Source: Acidobacteriota bacterium
GTDB taxonomy: Bacteria; Acidobacteriota; UBA6911; RPQK01; JAJDTT01
Assembly: GCA_965203535.1 (NCBI GenBank)
Contig: OZ241897.1
Span: 5,782,169 to 5,846,168, forward strand
Length of the DNA: 64,000 nucleotides
Reading direction: 5' to 3'
Numbering within the stretch: position 1 is the first letter of the stretch; each line of letters begins with the position of its first letter. Both the position numbers and the translations under genes were made by a program. The notes under the pieces are model-generated. The model searched no databases. It worked only from the letters and a program-made list of their open reading frames with translations, and was not told the DNA's origin. This document shows, piece after piece, positions 46,468 to 53,824 of this stretch.

Positions 46468-47786
46468 GCGCCGGCCTCGCGCAACATGGCCGTGAACTGC
46501 TCGAGGCGATATGGGTGTGTGAACTCAGTGCGACCAGGGTTCTCGGGCCTCTCGTCGAGCGCGTACCGGGGAGCGACCACGATATCGACATCGTTATCGC
46601 ACAACTTAACCCAGGGGAGCTTGGGCTGCCGAGAGGCATCGAGCTTGCCGTCCTGCACCCGTTCGTGGTGGCGAATCAGATCGTGAATGACCTCCGCCTC
46701 GTTCTCCGCACGGACAGCTGGTTCGACGGCGCGGTAGAAACTATGCACGGCCGCGTGCACCGAAGGAGGCAGCCGGGCCTTGTGCTGTTCCAGAGCTCCC
46801 GAGAGCGAGTCGCCCAAGCGAGAGAGTGGCACGTCTCCTCCGCTGAGTTGGATGCTCATCAAGGGTGCGGGGCGATGCCGGTCCAACGACGCGCGCACTT
46901 GATTAAAGCGATGGAGCAACTCACGGTGGAGATCCTCGAAGGACGACGCGACAGCGAGGACTGCCGCTAGCTGGTCTGTTCGCGGTTCCCCCTGCTGGCT
47001 GAAGTGCTTGCTAAGCAACCGAAACGAGTTACCATTGGACGTGCTGGCACCCGTCGCCCGCATCGCGGACGCCATCCGCCTGTGAGCGAGCGGCTCTAGG
47101 AGAGCATCGGCGAGCAGCCGACGCTCGTGCATCGAAGCCGCTCCGAGATGCGCCACGTTGCCCCAGTCGGCCAGCGTGGTTTCTGTGAACACGACGTCCT
47201 CTCCACTGATGACCCTACGCAATCGGGCATGGTCAGGCGTCCCCCGGCGTCGAAGAAAGGCATCGGCCAGTTTCTTGCCCCGAGCGGTGAGTGCGCCGGC
47301 GCTGTCCTCGACCAACCGTGCCGCGACCAGACTAACCCAGTAGGTCCCTACGCCGCCCACGCCGGCTTGGTTTCGCAACATTGGGAACGCCGGTGAACGA
47401 ACCCCCTCGGTAACCGCGCGGCGTACATAGGACACACCTCGAAGCTGGTGCCATGAGCGGTCGTCCGCAGCGGCGCCTTGGGCAGTTGCGTGGATACCAG
47501 TGGCCAATGCCACGAGACGCTCCCACGCCAGGATTTTCTGTCGTCGCGCCCGACCGGCTCTACCGCCGGAAGGTGCGTCGGGAAGTTTGTCCAGCAACCG
47601 AAGTCCGGCACAGACCCAGGAGAGATAGCGGACGCGGGACGTGATCGTGGTAACTCCGGGGAGGAGCGTGGTCGCGATTGAAATAAAGGACCGTAGCGCT
47701 CCCAAAGGATCGATGCTACCCGAAACGGCAGCGCGGGGATCCCAGACGGACACGAAGGGTAAGGGCAGAAAGTCAGAACGCTTCAC
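46449..47786 (-). CDS. Hypothetical protein (445 aa) of unrecognised fold, embedded in the nuclease/helicase operon
   Basis: Continuous ORF with GC3 similar to the neighbouring genes. Tightly coupled at both ends, overlapping the Mrr-cat stop and the PLD start. No motif recognised. Confidence 0.5.
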   Translation of the reverse strand: MKRSDFLPLPFVSVWDPRAAVSGSIDPLGALRSFISIATTLLPGVTTITSRVRYLSWVCAGLRLLDKLPDAPSGGRAGRARRQKILAWERLVALATGIHATAQGAAADDRSWHQLRGVSYVRRAVTEGVRSPAFPMLRNQAGVGGVGTYWVSLVAARLVEDSAGALTARGKKLADAFLRRRGTPDHARLRRVISGEDVVFTETTLADWGNVAHLGAASMHERRLLADALLEPLAHRRMASAMRATGASTSNGNSFRLLSKHFSQQGEPRTDQLAAVLAVASSFEDLHRELLHRFNQVRASLDRHRPAPLMSIQLSGGDVPLSRLGDSLSGALEQHKARLPPSVHAAVHSFYRAVEPAVRAENEAEVIHDLIRHHERVQDGKLDASRQPKLPWVKLCDNDVDIVVAPRYALDERPENPGRTEFTHPYRLEQFTAMLREAGAWKSVS

Positions 47787-48415
47787 TAGGTTCCTTGATT
47801 CTCAGTTGCTCTTTTCTTCGGGTGCGAATGCATCTGCTTTCGTCTCCAAAAATCGCGATCGGACACTTTTGGACGCTGATGCGGGGCTGGATGAGGAAAA
47901 CGAACAGCCTTTTGCCATCGGTGAAGGTAATAGGGGGACGACCTCAGCGAACGCAGCTTCCTGAGTCGTTTTGCAGACTGGGAGGCTGTAACGAAAATTT
48001 TGCGGACGGCGTAGAATCGGTAGAGCGTGCCGTGGAGCACGTCGCAGATTTTACGTTGGATCGTAGTGGGATAGCGTTTCACCTGCGAGATATCACGGAC
48101 CGACGTGATGCCGAGATCGTTGTCGCCGGCCACATCAACGCCGTCGTCGTGCGACTGCGCAGTGACCACCACGTTCTGGCAACCCATCTTTTCCAACTGA
48201 CGTCCGATTACGTGCTCAAAGGCGAAGGGGTCCATGTCATCGGGGAGTCCGCGCATGCCATTACGAACCGTGTTCTCCTTATGGCCAATGAGGGCCCGGG
48301 TTTTGCAGTGGTCGTTTCCGCTGACGGAGTCTTCCTCGCTAGCCCAAGAGGCAGACCAGCCCATCCAGCGTCGCGGACAATTCCCTTCCTTTCCGCTTGA
48401 CCAAGCCCAACTCAA
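47786..48415 (-). CDS. Mrr-cat (restriction endonuclease) domain protein, C-terminal part of an apparently frameshifted Mrr-like gene
   Basis: FEHVIGRQLEKMGCQNVVVTAQSHDDGVDVAGDNDLGITSVRDISQVKRYPTTIQRKICDVLHGTLYRFYAVRKIFVTASQSAK matches the PD-(D/E)xK Mrr_cat architecture: D...D...QVKRY...T-T-S. The N-terminal 25 aa of the ORF call are low-complexity and probably out of frame. Confidence 0.6.
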   Translation of the reverse strand: MSWAWSSGKEGNCPRRWMGWSASWASEEDSVSGNDHCKTRALIGHKENTVRNGMRGLPDDMDPFAFEHVIGRQLEKMGCQNVVVTAQSHDDGVDVAGDNDLGITSVRDISQVKRYPTTIQRKICDVLHGTLYRFYAVRKIFVTASQSAKRLRKLRSLRSSPYYLHRWQKAVRFPHPAPHQRPKVSDRDFWRRKQMHSHPKKRATENQGT

Positions 48416-48545
48416 TTTGGTTTCTAAGCCGGTTGCACATTGTATCTATGATGGTCGACTGTTTTCCGGCGGCCACGCGACCCGACAGGTAGTCGCTCCA
48501 CTCGTTGACAAATCGTACGATTCGAGCCCGCCCTTTTTTCACCAA
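48339..48545 (-). pseudogene. Possible N-terminal (winged-helix, Mrr_N-like) segment of the Mrr-like gene in a different frame (frameshift or assembly error)
   Basis: The 68-aa ORF MVKKGRARIVRFVNEWSDYLSGRVAAGKQSTIIDTMCNRLRNQIELGLVKRKGRELSATLDGL overlaps the start of 47786..48415 (48339-48415) in another frame. Joined together they give a ~250-aa Mrr-like protein. Confidence 0.3.
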
Positions 48546-49306
48546 GTTAGAGAGTAGCTTGACGAGCCCTACATCTTTGTTGATGTCGCTCTCAACTTCA
48601 CCGTCGGGCTAATCCGGGAAGTCCTGGCCGCTCTTCACCCGATGGAGGACACCACTGCCATACTTGCGACTGTGCCTTTAGTTCTGCCCGAACAGCCAGT
48701 GGCCATAGGTGTATCGAGGGTTCACACTTTTCGACCGGTCCCAGACAGCCTCGGCATGCTCGTAGTCGCCACCCTAGACCCGCCCCAGGATACGAGTGGA
48801 AGGAATCGGTGTAATCGACCGGATTCCCGGCAATGCCGCGTGACCCACTGTTCGTAGCTCGAAAACCGGTCACTTGCCATAGCCGGCCCCAGAACCACAC
48901 GCGCAGCAGATGTTGGAGCTCCAAGTAGACTGGGAAGAGTGGGATGCGGACCATCCGGGAGCCTTCGCCTCTCGATGCATCAGCCTCGTATTGATGACTA
49001 ATGGCCAGAGCGGGCATGTTTGGGAACGCGTACAGCCCTCAAATCCCGAACCCGCCGGGTCGGATGCTAATCAAAACGCTCTTCTATCCCTCCCGCTTGA
49101 TATCGACCGCAGTGATCGCGGTGAGCGAGGCGGTCGGAATGGACCCGTCAGTGTGTACCAATCTGATTCTTAAGATGGACTTTTCCAGATCATGGTAGCG
49201 AATCGGAACGTGTGCCTTCACGCACTCGACCGCTACCTCTCGACACGCCATACTCTCTTTATTCTCTTTCGATCGAGTAATCAATCGTGGTCCAACCCCG
49301 CTTCGA

Positions 49307-49390
49307 CCCCGTCATCTTCAAGCCCATCGTGGCTCCCATCGTGAGGTCCGTCGCCAGGAAATCCATGAAGCGGACGCTGGCCTCCCTCCG
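49307..49390. repeat. Right copy of the ~85-bp direct repeat (orphan 3' fragment of the paralog gene)
   Basis: Encodes ...PVIFKPIVAPIVRSVARKSMKRTLASL, then diverges from the intact gene (HRLLLTDVAQESLQPVPGS*). Confidence 0.75.
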
Positions 49391-49783
49391 GCATCGCCTT
49401 CTCCTGACCGACGTGGCGCAGGAAAGCCTGCAACCGGTTCCGGGATCCTGATCCCGGGGAGTCCGAGTTCCGGAAACGGCACCGGCACGTCGCGTGCCGA
49501 ACGGTGGAGACTTGGGCCTCAGGCTGCTACGCTGCCAGAGGCATGGGATCCGGAGAGAGCCAGGAGCGGAAACGGCGCGGCGAATACCGGTACAGCGGTT
49601 GGCTCCTGTTGCTGGTGGGCCTCCTGCTGTTGTCCTCCTTCTACTACACTTTCGATCTCTGGCCGGTGAAGCTGCTGCTGACCCTGTTCCTGCTGTCGGC
49701 GGCGAGCTTCCTGTTGTGGAGGGCCGGCCGCCTTTCAAAACGCTGACCTTCCGGGCTCAGGAATCACCGGCTTTCGAAAAACC

Positions 49784-50650
49784 ATGCTCAAACGCAGGGT
49801 GGGCGACGAACTCTGGTGCATCTCGCAGCCGGACCACGCCGCCGCCTCGGGCTACCTGGCCGCCCACTGGGGCAACGGCGAATTCGCCCGCCCCGGTCGA
49901 TACGCTCCCTTCCCCGACCCCGAACGGCTGCGAGCCGAAACCGTCCTCGCCATCGCCGAGCACGACAACGGCTGGTGGGAGTGGGAGGCCGACCCCCAGA
50001 TCGATCCCGCCGACGGCCTCCCGTTGGATCTGACGAGCCTCAAACAGTCCGACGGCCTGCAACGCTGGCGCCTGGGCGTATCCCGCTTCCAGGACAACCA
50101 TCCCCATGCCGCTCTACTCATCAGCTTGCACGCCTACTGGCTGCACGCGCCCCGCGTCGGGGCCGAGCATACGACGGCGTTTCTCCATCCCCTCTTCGGA
50201 ATCCCTGCCAAGTGGCCTCCACCCGAAGGGAGAGACTTGGCGGAAGCCAGGCAGTTCGTTGCCGAACAACACGCTCTGCAGATACTGCTCACGGAAAGCA
50301 TCAAGGGCGATCCCGAATGGGCCGCCGCCGTCGAGCCGCGGCACCTTCACCCTCACATCCGCCTGTTGCAACTTTGCGACGCCCTCTCGCTCCACCTCTG
50401 TTTCGGCGGTGACAGGGAGCGAACTCTCCTGGAGATTCCTCGCGCGAGTTGGAACGATCGGGTCTCACTCAACGTCCGTCCCGCGGGAGATCGCCGCGTC
50501 GCCATCGATCCGTACCCGTTCGACCTGGATCCCCTCACCGTCACCTTTCGCGCCCGTATCCTGAACCCGGAGATTCGACCCCCGGATGACTTCCAGACCT
50601 GGTGGCAGGCGCGCCCCCGCCGGGAAATCCGGTTCCGGTTCGTCCGTTGA
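49784..50650 (+). CDS. DUF3891-like hypothetical protein
   Basis: 288-aa ORF. Features such as ISQPDHAAASGYLAAHWGN...HDNGWWEWEADP resemble the DUF3891 family. Function unknown. Confidence 0.45.
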   Translation: MLKRRVGDELWCISQPDHAAASGYLAAHWGNGEFARPGRYAPFPDPERLRAETVLAIAEHDNGWWEWEADPQIDPADGLPLDLTSLKQSDGLQRWRLGVSRFQDNHPHAALLISLHAYWLHAPRVGAEHTTAFLHPLFGIPAKWPPPEGRDLAEARQFVAEQHALQILLTESIKGDPEWAAAVEPRHLHPHIRLLQLCDALSLHLCFGGDRERTLLEIPRASWNDRVSLNVRPAGDRRVAIDPYPFDLDPLTVTFRARILNPEIRPPDDFQTWWQARPRREIRFRFVR

Positions 50651-50880
50651 ACGCATCACGCCAACTGAACCGGGCGATTGCGGATTGAGGCAGTGTCCTT
50701 ACCGTGGAATGCCGGGCGCCTCCCCTGATTCGACGCGTCCGGAGTTGCGCATCACGCGTTCAGTATGAACAATCACATTCAGTCTGAACAATTGGGCGCG
50801 AGAACACCGGAATCGGTGTCCCTATCCGCTGGTGTGCTTCGGCGGATGACTGGTCAAAGGGAGTAAAACGGAAAGTAGCG

Positions 50881-52623
50881 ATGGCCAGCCGGAAAAACGA
50901 TCCGACCTGGGGACACCGTTGGGGATTCGCCGACACCCGTTTCGTCCTCAATGACGACGATTCGGTGACACTCACCGGTGATCGCTACGAGCTGTGCGGC
51001 TACAAGATGCACGACTTCCTCCCCTACGTGAGAGAGGTCCTGGGACTCGATCCCGATTTCAAGAAAAAACGACCCGAGGCCGATCCCAAACCGGTTCCCG
51101 CCCCCAGAAAGAACACCCGGTTCTGCCGTCGTCTGGCCAATTTCTGCCGTCCCGATCAATTCACCTTCGACGACCGGGACAGACTCATCCACAGCCACGG
51201 GCAGACCAGCGCCGACGAAGTCTTCCGGGTCGTCTACTCCCAACTCGACCGCGTCGCCGACATGGTCGTCTACCCCGAAGCGGAGAAAGATTGTGCGATG
51301 CTGGTGGCGCTGGCCCGGACGCAAGACGTCTGCCTCGTTCCCTACGGTGGAGGCACCAGCGTCAGTTGCGCGCTGAAACTTCCGGCCTCGGAAGAGCGCA
51401 TGATCATTTCCGTGGACATGAGGCGGATGAATCGCATCGAATGGATCGATCGCGAGAACCAGCGGGCCCTGGTCCAGGCGGGCATCACGGGGGATGAACT
51501 GGAACGCCAGCTCGGAAAAGCCGGTTTCGTCTCCGGTCACGAACCCGACAGCATCGAGCTCTCGACCCTGGGAGGGTGGATTGCCACCAATGCCAGCGGG
51601 ATGAAGAAGAATCGATACGGCAACATCGAGGACATAGTCGAAAAAGTGACGCTGATCACGCCCACCGGCCGCGTGGAGCATCTGACGGCCTCCCCCCGGG
51701 TCTCCATGGGGATGCAGCCCCAGAGTCTTTTCTTCGGAAGCGAAGGCAACCTGGGCCTCATCACCAGCGCCATCATCAAGATCCATCCCCGGCCCCAGGT
51801 CCGCAAGTACGGCTCCCTGGTTTTTCCCGACTTTGCCAAGGGTGTCGCCTTCCTTCGGGGCCTGGCTGAAACCAGTTTCGTACCCGCCAGCATCCGTCTG
51901 GTGGACAACGTGCAGTTCCGTTTCGGCCAGGCACTGAAGCCGAGGCCCACCGGATCGGCGGCCTGGTTGGACAAGCTGAAGAAATATTTCGTGCTCAAGG
52001 TCAAGAAATTCGATCCCCATCGGATGTCCGCCGCCACCATCCTCATGGAAGGATCCCGGGAAGAGGTCGACTTTCAGGAAAAGGGCCTCTACAAGCTGGC
52101 CAAGGAGTACGGAGGCCTGCCGGGCGGAGCCGAGAACGGACGCCGCGGCTATCGGCTCACCTTCGCCATCGCCTATATTCGGGACTTCCTGTCGGACTTC
52201 CACATCCTGGGAGAGACCTTCGAGACCTCGGTGCCATGGAACCGCATTCACCAGGTTTGCGACGCCGTCGTGGCCCGGGCTCAGGCCCGGCACCAGGAGC
52301 TGGACCTGCCGGGACGGCCCTACGTCTCCTATCGAATCACCCAGGTCTACCACACGGGAGTCTGCATCTACTTCATGTTCGGCTTCTACGCCAAGGGGGT
52401 GGAGGACCCGGAAACCGTTTTCAGCCAGGTCGAGCATTCACTGCGCCAGGCCATCATCGACGCGGGCGGGTCCATTTCCCACCACCACGGAGTCGGAAAA
52501 CTCCGCAGTGAGTTCATGAAACACACCCTCTCTGCCCGAGGAATTCGGCTCCTGAAAGAGATCAAGCGCTCCACCGATCCAAACAACATCTTCGGCATTC
52601 GAAACAACGTCCTGGGCGACTGA
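50881..52623 (+). CDS. FAD-linked oxidase of the alkyldihydroxyacetonephosphate synthase (ADPS/AGPS)-like family
   Basis: 580 aa. N-terminal WGF-DT-F motif (WGHRWGFADTRFVLNDD). FAD-binding PCMH domain (LVPYGGGTSVSCALK). C-terminal ...HHHGVGKLR... as in ADPS/D-lactate dehydrogenase-type flavoproteins. Confidence 0.7.
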   Translation: MASRKNDPTWGHRWGFADTRFVLNDDDSVTLTGDRYELCGYKMHDFLPYVREVLGLDPDFKKKRPEADPKPVPAPRKNTRFCRRLANFCRPDQFTFDDRDRLIHSHGQTSADEVFRVVYSQLDRVADMVVYPEAEKDCAMLVALARTQDVCLVPYGGGTSVSCALKLPASEERMIISVDMRRMNRIEWIDRENQRALVQAGITGDELERQLGKAGFVSGHEPDSIELSTLGGWIATNASGMKKNRYGNIEDIVEKVTLITPTGRVEHLTASPRVSMGMQPQSLFFGSEGNLGLITSAIIKIHPRPQVRKYGSLVFPDFAKGVAFLRGLAETSFVPASIRLVDNVQFRFGQALKPRPTGSAAWLDKLKKYFVLKVKKFDPHRMSAATILMEGSREEVDFQEKGLYKLAKEYGGLPGGAENGRRGYRLTFAIAYIRDFLSDFHILGETFETSVPWNRIHQVCDAVVARAQARHQELDLPGRPYVSYRITQVYHTGVCIYFMFGFYAKGVEDPETVFSQVEHSLRQAIIDAGGSISHHHGVGKLRSEFMKHTLSARGIRLLKEIKRSTDPNNIFGIRNNVLGD

Positions 52624-52670
52624 CTGCCCGCCGGCGCGCCGCCGGGACGAGAACCCTCACGACCTGATCC

Positions 52671-53498
52671 ATGCCAAAAGGAAGATTCAAACTCCAGGGC
52701 AAGACGGCTCTCATCACCGGCGCCTCCTCCGGCCTGGGAAAGAGACTGGCTCTTGATCTGGCCGCCCAGGGAATGAACCTGGGACTGGCGTCCCGCTCGC
52801 GGCAGTCGCTCCATGAAACGGCCGCCGGAGCCCGGCGAACCGGAGCCGACTGCCTCGTTGTCCCCACCGACGTGACCGACGCCCGGCAGTGCCGAGAAAT
52901 GGTCTCGGCGGTGACTGACGAATTCGGAGCCCTGGACTATCTCATCCTCAGCGCCGGCGTGAGCATGTGGACCCTCTTCGACCAGGTTCAGAACACCGGA
53001 ATTTTCAGGAGGCTCATGGAAGTGAACTACCTGGGGGCCGTCCACTGCATCCATCCCGCTCTGCCGGCCTTGAAGGAGCAACACGGCATGATCGTGGCCA
53101 TCTCCTCCGTCCAAGGCCGGGTGGGCGTGCCGTTTCACAGCGGCTACACCGCCAGCAAGCACGCCCTGGACGGTCTCCTGGAAACGTTGCGGACCGAGTT
53201 GCACGGCCAGGTCCGGATTCTGAACGTGATGCCGGGATGGATCCGGAGCACCCGGCTCCGGGCTCACGCCCTCTCGGCCGACGGTTCACCCCTGGGCTCC
53301 TCCTCGCATCGGTCCCGGAAGGAGCGAGGTGTAAGCGTCCGCGAGTGTTCCCGCCGAATCACAGGTGCGCTCCCGGGACCGGGAGGGAACCTCTACATCC
53401 CCAAGCCCATGGGAATCCTCCCGCTGGTCAAACTCCTGTTTCCGTCTCTGCTCCGCGCCGGGGTCCGAAGAGCCGTCCGCAAACAGACCAAAACGTGA
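52671..53498 (+). CDS. Short-chain dehydrogenase/reductase (SDR)
   Basis: TALITGASSGLGK (TGxxxGxG). Catalytic S...YxxxK (ISSVQGRVGVPFHSGYTASKHAL). Confidence 0.8.
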   Translation: MPKGRFKLQGKTALITGASSGLGKRLALDLAAQGMNLGLASRSRQSLHETAAGARRTGADCLVVPTDVTDARQCREMVSAVTDEFGALDYLILSAGVSMWTLFDQVQNTGIFRRLMEVNYLGAVHCIHPALPALKEQHGMIVAISSVQGRVGVPFHSGYTASKHALDGLLETLRTELHGQVRILNVMPGWIRSTRLRAHALSADGSPLGSSSHRSRKERGVSVRECSRRITGALPGPGGNLYIPKPMGILPLVKLLFPSLLRAGVRRAVRKQTKT

Positions 53499-53595
53499 TA
53501 CGGCGGAAAAAAGAAAATCTACGCCACTGGTCAAGTAGCGGCACCGGCTGCCGATCCAGCTTTGCGGATTGTTGTGTATCTACTCTACCGGACAA

Positions 53596-53622
53596 GTAGG
53601 GGCGCCCCTTGTGGGTGCCCTC
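53596..53622. repeat. Solo copy of palindromic module D (GTAGGGGCGCCCCTTGTGGGTGCCC)
   Basis: Matches 3745-3770 and the inverted copies at 760-790 and 4176-4202. Intergenic, between the SDR gene and the SSS transporter. Confidence 0.55.
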
Positions 53623-53824
53623 TTCGGCGCTCTGTACATACCCGCTTCGAAACCTTGGAGTCTGCGCGGTAGAAATGATCGTAGCGAGAAAGTGGAGAAT
53701 CGAGGCCAGATTTTCACGATTTAGAGGCGCATAGTTGTTCTATTCGCCGAGAAATCGGGGAAATATGGACCGATTATACGCTTTCGCAGCAGATCAATTT
53801 CTGCCGCGCAGGCTCCTTGGTTTC

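Larger units (their letters stand above)
40651..49306. mobile_element. ~8.7-kb lower-GC genomic island (putative defence island); no integrase recognised
   Basis: Bounded by the ~85-bp direct repeats. Intergenic parts are visibly AT-richer (~50-55% GC) than the ~68% GC flanks. Carries a four-gene minus-strand operon of nuclease and helicase genes. Confidence 0.55.

Noticed and set aside
48598-49198. Short ORFs (48598..49017-, 48910..49173+, 49001..49198+) in the island's right arm, considered as possible integrase remnants
   Set aside because: Their translations show no integrase, recombinase or other motifs and are low-complexity. The region was treated as the promoter or decayed end of the island.
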